From NCBI GenBank assembly GCA_016182555.1, contig JACPGJ010000003.1, forward strand, positions 10,920 to 74,919: a stretch of DNA of 64,000 nt. Direction: 5' to 3'. The notes under the pieces are model-generated. The model was not told the origin of the DNA. It searched no databases and saw nothing but the letters and a program-made list of their open reading frames with translations. The position numbers and the translations under genes were made by a program. The stretch is from Candidatus Kerfeldbacteria bacterium (GTDB lineage: Bacteria; Patescibacteriota; Patescibacteriia; UBA9570; XYC2-FULL-38-9). Shown piece after piece: positions 7,865 to 17,579 of the stretch (within the stretch, counting starts at the first letter, position 1; each line of letters begins with the position of its first letter).

Positions 7865-9214
7865 ATGAACAAAACCGTCTCTATTGTTACACTCAATTAT
7901 AATGGCAAACAGTATTTGCAACCACTGTTTGAAAGCTTGCAAAAACAAACATACCAACCTTGTGAAATAGTCATGGTAGATAATGCTTCAGTTGATGGGT
8001 CTGTGGAGTTTGTTGAGCAACGGTTTCCGAATGTGCGTATTATTCGCAATAGCGAGAATGTTGGTTTTGCCGGTGGGAATAATAGCGCGCTGCGGCATTG
8101 TCGCGGTGAATATATTGCGCTCATAAACAATGACATGATTGCCGATGAACGCTACATTGAATGGTTAGTACGGTCGTTAGAAGAACAGCAAGCAGATGTT
8201 ACCGGCGGCAAAATTTTGTTTTATACACCGTTTGTGACATTGCGTGTAGAGGTGAAGACATTTGTGCCGAATGAACATAACGGTGGGGGAGATGTACGCG
8301 CGTTGGGCTGTATGATTGCTTCAGATATTGCTATTGATGATGTACCATATAAAAAGAACATATTTTTGGCCAATACGTTTGGCGAAGAAAAAGCTGGTGA
8401 ACTCGCATTTCATTGGTTGAGTAATGAGGCAGTGATTAAAATTCCAGTAGACTTGAAATTGTCGCGGCATCGGCTGCGTATGAAACTGGCGGTTAGCGAT
8501 ATGCAAAAAGAAGAGGAAGTCACTATGCGTTTGGGCGAGGAGGTTATTTTTCAAAAGCGTGTATCAAATCAGTTCAGCGAATGTACTGTGGATATTGATC
8601 CAGCGCTGATCAAAAAATATGTCTGCCATGTGGTGAATAATGCATCATCTGAATTCAATACGCATTCTGGTGGTGGCCGTGATGTTGGTATTTATGAAGA
8701 CGATAAGGGTCAGTATGATACGCCGCATACCGCGCAAGCTATTTGTGGAGGGAGTATGTTGATTCGTCGTGAGGTCATTGATCGTTATGGATTATTTGAT
8801 GATTATTTTTTTGCCTATTACGAAGATACCGATTTTTCTTGGCGTTTGAATCGTGCGGGCAAAAAATTATTTTTTGAGCCACGAGCGTTTGTCTATCATG
8901 TGCATACAGGAACTTCTAAAGAATGGTCTCCGTTTTTTCGATACCACGTAGAACGAAATCGTTTAGCCATGCTATTGAAAAATGCACGGTTATTCGATGC
9001 TGCACGTGAGTGGGGTGGTTTTTTTCTGAAAACAGCTCGTGATGCGTGGCGCATGGTTCGCCGTCGCGTGTTCAAACGTCAACCAAAAACTGAAGCAGAT
9101 AGTGTCGTGTGGATTCATTTGCGGGTTTGTGGTGATTTGCTGCTGCATATTCCGGCATTACTCTGGAAACGTCTCTATTTCGTTATTGCTCTTGAGCAAC
9201 ACGATTCAGTATGA
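7865..9214 (+). CDS. Glycosyltransferase family 2 (rhamnosyl/hexosyltransferase-like)
   Basis: N-terminal SIVTLNYNGKQYL...EIVMVDNASVDGS and the DxD region NNDMIAD give a GT-A fold. A long C-terminal extension follows. Confidence 0.8.
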   Translation: MNKTVSIVTLNYNGKQYLQPLFESLQKQTYQPCEIVMVDNASVDGSVEFVEQRFPNVRIIRNSENVGFAGGNNSALRHCRGEYIALINNDMIADERYIEWLVRSLEEQQADVTGGKILFYTPFVTLRVEVKTFVPNEHNGGGDVRALGCMIASDIAIDDVPYKKNIFLANTFGEEKAGELAFHWLSNEAVIKIPVDLKLSRHRLRMKLAVSDMQKEEEVTMRLGEEVIFQKRVSNQFSECTVDIDPALIKKYVCHVVNNASSEFNTHSGGGRDVGIYEDDKGQYDTPHTAQAICGGSMLIRREVIDRYGLFDDYFFAYYEDTDFSWRLNRAGKKLFFEPRAFVYHVHTGTSKEWSPFFRYHVERNRLAMLLKNARLFDAAREWGGFFLKTARDAWRMVRRRVFKRQPKTEADSVVWIHLRVCGDLLLHIPALLWKRLYFVIALEQHDSV

Positions 9215-10785
9215 AAATCTGTATTTATAATACCTATTTGAATACCATGGGCGGTGGGGAAAAGCACATGGGTGCTCTGGCTGAATATCTCACTCAGTTT
9301 TCCGATATAGAAGTAGATATTTTAACTCACGCACAGGCTAATCTGCTGGAGTTATCCAAAAAATTGCGTATAGATTTATCGCGATGTCGGTTAATTGTAC
9401 AACATGATATTCAGCAAGACATCGAAACTTATAGTGCGCAATACGATCTTTTTATTAATACAACACACTATAGTAAATTGAAACCACGGGCCAAGAAGAA
9501 TGCGTTATTGTTGTTTTTCCCTATACTGCCGGAACTCAGATTTTTAGCAACATCACAACGGTTTAATCGATTATTACACCGGTTCGATGCAACAGAATCG
9601 ATTCGTTTGCTCACTGGGTTTTACCATCAAGAAAAAATTGGTGCATATTTTTCACGACGGTTTGGCCAATGGACACAAAAAACATTTTCATTTCAATTAC
9701 GCGCATATCAAGTAGGGCGACAACAACAGATAAAGATCAATACATTACCACTGCGTTCAGGCCGATCGTTGAGCACCCTCATTGATCACATTCGTTGTCA
9801 TGGTGAGTTGGTACCATTTCGTATTCGCAAAAATACCATTTTGTTAACGTTGACACCATCAACTGCTGAATCCATTATTACAGTGAAGCTCCGTTCAGAC
9901 TTTCAACCATCGAGTAGCGATACTCGGCGTTTAGGTATTTTTATCACCAGTATCCGTTCCGTTTTTCCTTTCACCGCGCTGCGGCATTGGTCTATGCAAC
10001 AATTGGCACGAATTTTGAAACCGTTGCGATATTACAACTACCTTGATGCTTATGATTTCATTATGGTGAATTCAGAATATACTCAACGGTGGTTAAAAAA
10101 ATTATGGAATGCCGATTCATCTATTGTGTATCCGGTGATTGATACCGAAGTATTTTATGCTCCCTCGGCACCGAAAAAAAAGATGATTATTAGCGTTGGG
10201 CGTTTTTTTGAAGGAAGCCATAACAAAAAACATCTAGCGATGATTCGAACATTTAAAAAAATGTATTTAGCAGGTGACATTCCCGATTGGGAATATCATT
10301 TGTGTGGTGGTACTCACCCGGAGCCAGTGCACCAAGCCTATTTACGCCGTATCCAAAATGAAGCTATTGGGTATCCTATTTTTGTTCACCCAGACATTCC
10401 ATTTCAAGAATTGCGTAAACGGTATCCACAAGCGTTGATTTTTTGGCATGCGTCTGGTTTTGAAGAAAATGAGCAACGTCACCCAGACCGTTTTGAACAT
10501 TTTGGCATTACCACGGTTGAAGCCATGACTGCTGGTTGTATTCCTGTAGTCATTGGAAAAGCGGGGCAATTAGAAATTGTTACACACGGGAAGAATGGAT
10601 TTTTATGGCAAACCATGGATGAATGTATGCAGTATACCAAACGCGTGATGCAAATGCCTTCATCAGAACAGCAGCGTATGTCTGAGAGAGCTCGAGAACG
10701 TGGTACGCAATTTTCTCGAAAACATTGTGAGCAGCAACTCGCAACCGCGTTTGAACCCGTGTTGACTGAATTGCGAAAATCATGA
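9211..10785 (+). CDS. Glycosyltransferase family 4 (GT-B, retaining) with a long N-terminal domain
   Basis: The C-terminal EX7E motif region RFEHFGITTVEAMTAGCIPVV...GKNGFLW is typical of GT4. Overlaps neighbours by 4 nt. Confidence 0.75.
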   Translation: MKICIYNTYLNTMGGGEKHMGALAEYLTQFSDIEVDILTHAQANLLELSKKLRIDLSRCRLIVQHDIQQDIETYSAQYDLFINTTHYSKLKPRAKKNALLLFFPILPELRFLATSQRFNRLLHRFDATESIRLLTGFYHQEKIGAYFSRRFGQWTQKTFSFQLRAYQVGRQQQIKINTLPLRSGRSLSTLIDHIRCHGELVPFRIRKNTILLTLTPSTAESIITVKLRSDFQPSSSDTRRLGIFITSIRSVFPFTALRHWSMQQLARILKPLRYYNYLDAYDFIMVNSEYTQRWLKKLWNADSSIVYPVIDTEVFYAPSAPKKKMIISVGRFFEGSHNKKHLAMIRTFKKMYLAGDIPDWEYHLCGGTHPEPVHQAYLRRIQNEAIGYPIFVHPDIPFQELRKRYPQALIFWHASGFEENEQRHPDRFEHFGITTVEAMTAGCIPVVIGKAGQLEIVTHGKNGFLWQTMDECMQYTKRVMQMPSSEQQRMSERARERGTQFSRKHCEQQLATAFEPVLTELRKS

Positions 10786-12302
10786 ATGGGCTTTATCGAT
10801 TCTATCGAAATCATATTAAGCGCTATATTCCGCGTCGTGTATTGAATGTCATATTGAGTGTATTCGGTGTGCATGGTTTTGCCAACGAGCAGAAGCATAT
10901 CGATCAGTCATTTGTGGTACGACAGCCATATGCATCATGCTTACGGGTGCGGAAATTTTTTTCTACGCGTAGACTCGCTCGTCAATTGCTCACTCGCGTT
11001 ACACTGATGCCAAACATATTTGTATTGATTGATGATGGAAAATTGACGTATCAAGCATTGATGCAAAAAATGGAAAACATGCATTCGGATTATGTATTGC
11101 TGGTGAATCCGAGTGATCATTTTTTTTCTGATACATTGCTGCAATATACAGCGGCAGTGTGCGAGAATCCAGATGCAAAAATAGTCTATGGTGATTATGT
11201 GGTACGTTCTGCTGGGCGTATGACTGCCGTATATTTGCCACATTTTTCTCCGTATTATTTCCAGCAGATTCGGTATATTCCGCATACAGCCCTTATTCAT
11301 ATTTCGGTGATTCGCGCTTGTCAGCGCCTTCCTCAAGCGAATGAAGAGTTTATGACAGAAGCCATTGCCCAGTGCCAAACGAAAGACGTGCTACACATAC
11401 CCGCATTCCTCACGAGCATTTCCCCAGCAGCTTATCAGTTACTGAATGCCGTACGGCCTGTGGTATACACGCTACAGTCGAACGCATTAGTCTCTATTAT
11501 TATTCCAACCAAAGATCATCCAGAATTATTACGTGCCTGTATCGAAAGCATTGCACGTTACACCAAGCAACGATATGAAATACTGATTGTGAATAATCAA
11601 TCAGAGCGCCCGGAAATGTTGAAATATTTGGCTGAATTACGAACGCAGCATACAGTGATTGATTATTCGCAACCATTTGATTATGCAGCAATGAATAATC
11701 TGGCGGCGTCACAGGCGAATGGAGCATATCTATTGTTGCTCAATGATGATATTGTGGCAACAGATGATGGTTGGCTAGAGCAAATGGTGGCGCTTGGCTC
11801 GCAGTCGAAGGTTGGAGTGGTTGGCGCTAAATTAGTATATCCCAATGGCGCTATTCAACATGCCGGATTGTGTTTGACGAGTATCAATAATGGAGTGACG
11901 TATTACTGGCATAAATATTTACGCTCTCGCCGAAAGGATGGTTCGCTTGAACCAGGATATCTTTCTTCAGTAGTGGCCGTGCGTGAAGTTGCAGCGGTAA
12001 CAGGGGCTTGTTTATTGATAAAAAAGCAACTGTTTGATGAGTTGAATGGCTTTGATTCGGAGTTGCATATTGGCTATAATGATGTCGATTTGTGTTTACG
12101 AGCACGAGAACTTGGTTATAGTGTGTTATATACGCCCTATGCAGAATTGATTCACCATGAATCGATGACTCGGAAGGCGAGTGCTCAGGTATCCATGATG
12201 CAACACCCAGAAGACAGTGCACGGTTTATTCACAAATGGAGGCATGTTCTTGAAAAAGGAGATCCGTATGTTAATTCAAAACTGAGCATTAAACAATTCT
12301 AA
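10782..12302 (+). CDS. Glycosyltransferase family 2 (two-domain)
   Basis: The C-terminal half contains VSIIIPTKDHPELLRACIESI...ILIVNNQS...LLLNDDIV and GFDSELHIGYNDVDLCLRARELGYSV (GT2). The N-terminal half is a degenerate GT-like domain. Confidence 0.75.
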   Translation: MNGLYRFYRNHIKRYIPRRVLNVILSVFGVHGFANEQKHIDQSFVVRQPYASCLRVRKFFSTRRLARQLLTRVTLMPNIFVLIDDGKLTYQALMQKMENMHSDYVLLVNPSDHFFSDTLLQYTAAVCENPDAKIVYGDYVVRSAGRMTAVYLPHFSPYYFQQIRYIPHTALIHISVIRACQRLPQANEEFMTEAIAQCQTKDVLHIPAFLTSISPAAYQLLNAVRPVVYTLQSNALVSIIIPTKDHPELLRACIESIARYTKQRYEILIVNNQSERPEMLKYLAELRTQHTVIDYSQPFDYAAMNNLAASQANGAYLLLLNDDIVATDDGWLEQMVALGSQSKVGVVGAKLVYPNGAIQHAGLCLTSINNGVTYYWHKYLRSRRKDGSLEPGYLSSVVAVREVAAVTGACLLIKKQLFDELNGFDSELHIGYNDVDLCLRARELGYSVLYTPYAELIHHESMTRKASAQVSMMQHPEDSARFIHKWRHVLEKGDPYVNSKLSIKQF

Positions 12303-12311
12303 ATCTCACTT

Positions 12312-12388
12312 GGCCGTAGCGGCAATTCTGGAGAGAGCACGTATTTGCGAAGCAAAACGAAGCTCTCGAAGAATTGGCGCGGGAGGCC
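12312..12388. repeat. Structured intergenic repeat (REP/terminator-like extended hairpin), copy A
   Basis: ggccgtagcggcaattctggagagagcac-gtatttgcgaagcaaaacga-agctctcgaagaattggcgcgggaggcc. Outer stem caattct/agaattg, inner stem gagagc/gctctc, conserved loop tttgcg.agcaaaa. Homologous to 47072–47147 with compensatory changes. Sits between convergent gene ends. Confidence 0.6.
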
Positions 12389-12392
12389 AAGT

Positions 12393-14531
12393 TTAATTTG
12401 TATATATCAATAGTGAATTGAGAACCACGCGGTCAGTGAATTCATGTGGTAGGAGTTGTAATTGCAAATTCAATTCGGTTACATTTTCTGGAATATCGAT
12501 AGCAATATTTTTCCATTCGAAAATATCTTGTAAATGAATATCTTTTGTATTCACCACAGTGCCATCCAGTAATGTCACTATCGCACGAACAATATCATTT
12601 TCCTGAACCCCTTGGCCTTGCAGCGCAATATGCAACTGATGTTGTTGTGATGTTGAAATATGGCTATAGGTAACCTGCCCACCGGTAATATTTGTAGAAG
12701 TGATTCCATCAAATGTTCGTCCGCCAATGCTGGATTGCTGTAGGACGTTATTTTTTTCAAGAGAAATCGAGGGATTCTGATATTCATAGCTTCCTAAATC
12801 ACTTGCATAGAGCAAAGTTGATTTCACCTCGCTTGTGTCTGGTTCAATCGCAACAATGATAGTTTTCTGTTCATCTGAATCATTGTTGGTATGTAATATT
12901 TCTACACGTGGTTGTTGGGAAATTTGTTCCAGCATTTTTCCCCCATTATTAGGCAATGCATCGGCATGCAGAACGACATGGGTAATACCGAGTAGTTCAA
13001 GATAATCAATGCTGGTATTATCAGGAAAATTGGAAATAACCGATTCAGAGAAATGATAATCTGGCGGAAGATATCCGCTATATCCATTGAATATCGGCTT
13101 CCAATGGCACCGAGAATTAAAAATATAGTGCACGGTTTCAAATGGATCAGCATAAAATGGGAGTTCGACTAGTGATTGTATATCTGGGTTTGTTCGTACT
13201 GCGTCATAGATAGCAGGGCATTCAACATGACTCACCACCTGGTTTGCCATATTGGTGTCATACGCATCAAAGAGAATAGAAAATGGTAGAAGCAGTGCCA
13301 CGATATATCGTACAACCGGACGTTTGATATGAATGGAGCGAATCGTATAGGCAACGACAATGGAAAGGCAGAGCAATACGATAATAGCCATGCGGCTCGG
13401 TGCACGAATAAATTGAAACGCTGGTATAGATTGAATAGCGAAAAATGGAAGAGGAATTTTTAATGTTTGATCAAATAGATGGAGCGCTGGGCCCATTGAA
13501 AGAATAATAAACAGGATAACGCCCACGCCGTAGATGGAAAATATTCTACTTTCTTTTTGTAATTTTTTTCGCTGATAGATTGCATAGATGAACAATAGTA
13601 ATGGAGCAAATCCAAGGAAGTTGATGTTTTCGAGCCAACGTTCTTTATGCAGCCCAACCCATGATACGAGATATTGGGGGTAGCTATAAGGAGAAGGGAT
13701 GAGATATCCACCAAGATCGGCGGAATAACCAATAACCTCATGAATAGAGAATGCTGAATGTTCTTGATGATTGAATTGCATGTACGCATAGGCAAATGGA
13801 CCAATCAACAGGAGAAACAGTGTGCCGGCAATGGCGATATCTATGAAGAGTGATTTACAGTGTGTTTGCAGTCGTGTTCGAATAGTTTTCATATTCGCAG
13901 CAAGTAGATAGAGTGTCAGAAATCCGAGAAACGCTCCATTATACCAGCTGGCCAGTGCTTGCGCAGCAAACAGTAAGGTAAAAATGATAAGCATTGAACG
14001 TTTCCACTGTTCTATATATTTTTGCAAACAGAGCACCGCAAAGGGAATAAAGATAATGGATAGATTTTGAAAATGATGAAAACTAATAATGCGATAGGTG
14101 GAAAATCCAAAAATAAGCCCCGCAATGAATGCCGCATATCGGTGGTGAGTATAATGAAGCGCTAAAAGGTATGCACCATATGCCGCAAGGATATAAAAAA
14201 GAAAGATGAGTATATTGTAAGTGGCAATGGTATTATGAGTGATCGCATAGATGGGGAGAGCCATGATGCTCTGCGTCAGTAATAAATCACTGTACAGAAG
14301 CACTTGGTGGTGTGGATAGAAAATATTGGCGTTGAGTAATTGTAATGGGTGAGTAGTGAGTGCGTGCATGTTCCAGCTGATGATCCAGTTGAGCAGGAGA
14401 TTATCTCTATTTAAGATACGAGAGCCAACATGAGATAATAGTGGATAACAAAAAAAAGTTGCTACAAGGCTATAAAGGAAAATCACAACCAAATGATGAC
14501 CATGTCGGAATTTTCCTTTGAGATGATGCAT
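12393..14531 (-). CDS. Large polytopic membrane protein, GT-C-like (ArnT/PMT/YfhO-type) putative lipid-linked-sugar glycosyltransferase with a C-terminal extracytoplasmic domain
   Basis: 712 aa. The N-terminal roughly 450 aa have many predicted TM helices and the C-terminal about 250 aa are soluble. It is the last gene of the operon UXS, GT2, this gene; its ATG abuts the stop of the GT2 gene. Confidence 0.5.
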   Translation of the reverse strand: MHHLKGKFRHGHHLVVIFLYSLVATFFCYPLLSHVGSRILNRDNLLLNWIISWNMHALTTHPLQLLNANIFYPHHQVLLYSDLLLTQSIMALPIYAITHNTIATYNILIFLFYILAAYGAYLLALHYTHHRYAAFIAGLIFGFSTYRIISFHHFQNLSIIFIPFAVLCLQKYIEQWKRSMLIIFTLLFAAQALASWYNGAFLGFLTLYLLAANMKTIRTRLQTHCKSLFIDIAIAGTLFLLLIGPFAYAYMQFNHQEHSAFSIHEVIGYSADLGGYLIPSPYSYPQYLVSWVGLHKERWLENINFLGFAPLLLFIYAIYQRKKLQKESRIFSIYGVGVILFIILSMGPALHLFDQTLKIPLPFFAIQSIPAFQFIRAPSRMAIIVLLCLSIVVAYTIRSIHIKRPVVRYIVALLLPFSILFDAYDTNMANQVVSHVECPAIYDAVRTNPDIQSLVELPFYADPFETVHYIFNSRCHWKPIFNGYSGYLPPDYHFSESVISNFPDNTSIDYLELLGITHVVLHADALPNNGGKMLEQISQQPRVEILHTNNDSDEQKTIIVAIEPDTSEVKSTLLYASDLGSYEYQNPSISLEKNNVLQQSSIGGRTFDGITSTNITGGQVTYSHISTSQQHQLHIALQGQGVQENDIVRAIVTLLDGTVVNTKDIHLQDIFEWKNIAIDIPENVTELNLQLQLLPHEFTDRVVLNSLLIYTN

Positions 14532-15272
14532 TTATTTATCAAGAAAGTTATATTTCACAATACACCACATGGCTTCAACACCATCTTTCCAGCCGATTTT
14601 TTTACCTTCGTCATAGGTGCGGCCATTATAAGAAATGGCTATTTCATAAATGCGGCATTTTCCAGCTTTCGACAGTTTTGCGAGGCGTGCAGTCATTTCT
14701 GGCTCAAAACCGAACCGCTTGGATTGCAGTTTTGGCAGAATTTCTTTCAGCATTTCTTTGGTGAACACTTTGTAACAGGTCTCCATATCGGTCAGGTTCA
14801 AGTTGGTACACATGTTGGAAAACATGGTAAGCACTTTATTGCCAACCGAATGCCAAAAATAGAGCACGCGGTGTGGGCGACCACTCAAAAAGCGTGAACC
14901 AAATACGGCATCGGCTTTCCCTTCAATGATTGGTCGAAGTAAATCAGGGTATTCATTTGGGTCATATTCCAAATCTGCGTCTTGCACAATCACAATATCG
15001 CCAGCGACATGTTCAAAACCCGTTTTCAACGCCGCGCCTTTCCCTTGATTCACCTCATGATGAACCACGGTATATTTGTCTTTGTATTTTTCTAAAATTT
15101 CGCGCGATTTGTCGCGGCTACAATCATTCACAAAAATGAGCTGTTTTTTTAAGCCCAAGGTATCAGTCGCTTCGACGCGCTCAATAATATGCTCTAATGT
15201 TCGCTCTTCGTTATAGACCGGAATAACAATGCTCACGGTAGAAAAATGTTTGGCGGAAGACATGGGAGGCAA
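14532..15272 (-). CDS. GT2 polyprenol-phosphate glycosyltransferase, DPM1-like catalytic domain without a membrane anchor
   Basis: VSIVIPVYNEERTLEHII...IFVNDCSRDKSREIL...IVIVQDADLEYDP (DPM1/GtrB-type GT-A). 246 aa. Confidence 0.75.
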   Translation of the reverse strand: MPPMSSAKHFSTVSIVIPVYNEERTLEHIIERVEATDTLGLKKQLIFVNDCSRDKSREILEKYKDKYTVVHHEVNQGKGAALKTGFEHVAGDIVIVQDADLEYDPNEYPDLLRPIIEGKADAVFGSRFLSGRPHRVLYFWHSVGNKVLTMFSNMCTNLNLTDMETCYKVFTKEMLKEILPKLQSKRFGFEPEMTARLAKLSKAGKCRIYEIAISYNGRTYDEGKKIGWKDGVEAMWCIVKYNFLDK

Positions 15273-15292
15273 TTAATAATACCAGAGCCATC

Positions 15293-16222
15293 TTACACAA
15301 TATGGCGGAAATATTCAATAGTTTTGCCTAATCCTTCTTCTAAAGCGATTTTGGGTTCCCAACCAAGCTCTTTTTTGGCAATGCTGATTTCTGGCTGCCG
15401 TTGTTTGGGGTCATCTTGAGGAAGTGGTTCGTAGACAATCTTGCTGGTGCTTTCCGGAATCATGCTGAGCACCTTTTCTGCGAGTTGCTTAATGGTAAAT
15501 TCACCTGGGTTGCCTAAGTTCACCGGGCCAATGATATGTTCTGTATTCATCATACGCACCATCCCTTCCACGACATCATCGACATATTGAAAACTGCGGG
15601 TTTGCGAACCATCGCCGTAGATGGTGATATCTTTGTTTTGCAGAGCTTGCACAATAAAATTGGAAACCACGCGGCCGTCATTTGGGTGCATATTCGGGCC
15701 GTAGGTATTGAAAATACGCACCACGCGAATATCCACTTGATGTTGGCGGTAATAATCGAAAAACAGGGTTTCGGCGCAGCGTTTGCCTTCATCATAGCAG
15801 GAACGAATGCCAATGGGATTGACGCGGCCCCAATAGGATTCGGGTTGTGGGTGCACTTCAGGGTCGCCGTATACTTCAGAAGTCGAGGCTTGGAGAATGC
15901 GGGCGCGGGTACGTTTTGCCAGACCCAACATATTAATGGCGCCGTGAACCGATGTTTTGGTTGTTTGCACTGGGTCAAACTGGTAGTGCACAGGTGAGGC
16001 TGGGCAAGCGAGGTTATAAATTTGATTGACTTCTACATAGAGCGGAAATGTGACATCATGGCGCATCACTTCGAAATGTTTGTTCTCCATGAGGTCCAGA
16101 ATATTACTTTTGTTGCCAGTAAAAAAATTATCAACACAGAGCACTTCATGCCCTTCTGAAAGTAACCGTCTGCATAAATGTGAGCCAATAAAACCAGCTC
16201 CTCCAGTGATTAATATTTTCAT
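15293..16222 (-). CDS. uxs: UDP-glucuronate decarboxylase (UDP-xylose synthase, UXS/ArnA-decarboxylase-like extended SDR)
   Basis: [41 protein letters not shown] is the UXS-type N-terminus. YxxxK is present (YDEGKRCAE). 309 aa. Confidence 0.8.
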   Translation of the reverse strand: MKILITGGAGFIGSHLCRRLLSEGHEVLCVDNFFTGNKSNILDLMENKHFEVMRHDVTFPLYVEVNQIYNLACPASPVHYQFDPVQTTKTSVHGAINMLGLAKRTRARILQASTSEVYGDPEVHPQPESYWGRVNPIGIRSCYDEGKRCAETLFFDYYRQHQVDIRVVRIFNTYGPNMHPNDGRVVSNFIVQALQNKDITIYGDGSQTRSFQYVDDVVEGMVRMMNTEHIIGPVNLGNPGEFTIKQLAEKVLSMIPESTSKIVYEPLPQDDPKQRQPEISIAKKELGWEPKIALEEGLGKTIEYFRHIV

Positions 16223-16295
16223 ATATATCTTTTAACCAAAAAACCATACCATCCTTTTCTGAAAATGTAAATAATAGTATACTGATGCCTGGCCT

Positions 16296-16724
16296 ATGAA
16301 ACACCTATTTTTTCAAATGATGCGGTTCGGAGTGGTAGGGGTAGGGAACATGCTCCTCGACTTGTTGATTTACACGTTGCTCACGCGTACAAGTGATTTT
16401 TTCCAGCACTATTATCTTCTTGCTGCTTTTGTTGCGTTTATTATTTCGGCATCAAATAGCTATATTTGGAATAAGCGTTGGACATTCAAAGACAAGGTGC
16501 AATTCACCCATACACAGTTGATCAAATTTTATATTGCCTCGGCGATTGCGTTATCTATAAATGAAACAGTATTATGGATCCTTGTTCGTCATCTGGGCAT
16601 ATTTGATATTGTGGCAAAATTAATGGCTTCCATCTCTGCGGGTGGAATGAATTTCGTTTTACAGAAATTTTGGATTTTTCGCCTGCGCGCTATCAAACCG
16701 GAAACGCCAATGCAGGAACAATAA
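16296..16724 (+). CDS. GtrA-family membrane protein (polysaccharide biosynthesis/lipid-linked sugar translocation)
   Basis: 142 aa with 4 TM helices. N-terminal MMRFGVVGVGNMLLDLLIYTLL and C-terminal LQKFWIFR are typical of GtrA. Confidence 0.7.
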   Translation: MKHLFFQMMRFGVVGVGNMLLDLLIYTLLTRTSDFFQHYYLLAAFVAFIISASNSYIWNKRWTFKDKVQFTHTQLIKFYIASAIALSINETVLWILVRHLGIFDIVAKLMASISAGGMNFVLQKFWIFRLRAIKPETPMQEQ

Positions 16725-16727
16725 TCT

Positions 16728-17417
16728 TTACGCTTTTTTTCGCATCACCAATAATTGGTGTAAAGCGTATATTTTTTTGTACTTCAAAATTTCAAATTCA
16801 TCTCCAAATAAACGGTACAAATCTTCTTTAGAAAAATCGTTGACATGCCATTCAGAAAATTCTTTTTCAATACCCTTCATTAAAAAATCGAATATTTTTA
16901 AGCGATTTAATATTATTTTAATATTATTTTTTGTTTTTTCATACGGAACGGTAATAATGACATACTGTTCTGGAGTCGCAATTTTTTTCAGATTGGCAAC
17001 TGCGGCATTGATATCAGGAATATGTTCCAATGTTTCAGAACAGACAATAAAATTCAAGTTCGGAATATGTAATTCCATCTGTTCACTCGCCAAATCTGAT
17101 TGTTCTAATACAACTCCGTCACCTAAATTTTTTCTTGCTTCATCTAATGCGACAGTAGAAATATCTTGTCCGTAAAATTTTGCACGCGGAAAAAAAGAGC
17201 GCAAAATAGATAACAAACGACCGGCTTCACAACCAATTTCCAATAATGAAAATTGATCATTACTTTTCCGTTCACGAATTTCTTTCGCAATGGCTTCGGC
17301 TCGTTTTTTTTCTACACGACCGGCAAGGCCTGTGTAGGGTGTAGGGTGCTTCAAGAACATTTCATTATTCCACTCTGCAAGATTTTCTGCTGGTGGTTGG
17401 CTAGGAGATTTGGACAT
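16728..17417 (-). CDS. Class I SAM-dependent methyltransferase
   Basis: Motif I LLEIGCEAGRLL and motif II/post-I FIVCSETLEHI. 229 aa. Confidence 0.7.
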   Translation of the reverse strand: MSKSPSQPPAENLAEWNNEMFLKHPTPYTGLAGRVEKKRAEAIAKEIRERKSNDQFSLLEIGCEAGRLLSILRSFFPRAKFYGQDISTVALDEARKNLGDGVVLEQSDLASEQMELHIPNLNFIVCSETLEHIPDINAAVANLKKIATPEQYVIITVPYEKTKNNIKIILNRLKIFDFLMKGIEKEFSEWHVNDFSKEDLYRLFGDEFEILKYKKIYALHQLLVMRKKA

Positions 17418-17579
17418 GATGGTTCATGAGTCAATTAATGATGTGCACAATAGGAGTAGTATAGCAATATAATTTCTTCCGTCAACGGTTGGGAAGTAGA
17501 TGCAGTATTTTCTATACCTTGTCAATATGCCACATTTTGCTACACTAGGCCTAGTATAAAAGATAATACGGATGAAGCC

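Noticed and set aside
9039-9230. Small 63-aa ORF overlapping the 3' end of the GT2 gene and the start of the GT4 gene.
   Set aside because: It lies inside two better-supported overlapping genes, is Cys/Ile-rich and has no start signal, so it is likely spurious.
14493-14897. 134-aa plus-strand ORF spanning the junction of two minus-strand genes.
   Set aside because: It is antisense to two strongly supported genes and has a phenylalanine/histidine-rich composition with no family resemblance.
15536-15997. Antisense ORFs (153 aa plus-strand and 142 aa minus-strand in an alternative frame) inside the UDP-xylose synthase gene.
   Set aside because: They are shadow ORFs fully contained in a well-supported conserved gene, with no independent start signals.
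17418-17579. Divergent promoter candidates in the 162-nt spacer between the SAM-MTase and ArnC-like genes (TTGTCA…TACACT; TTGCTA…TATAAA).
   Set aside because: Spacing (12 or 16 nt) or the -10 match is weak, so I cannot support a specific promoter call without TSS data.
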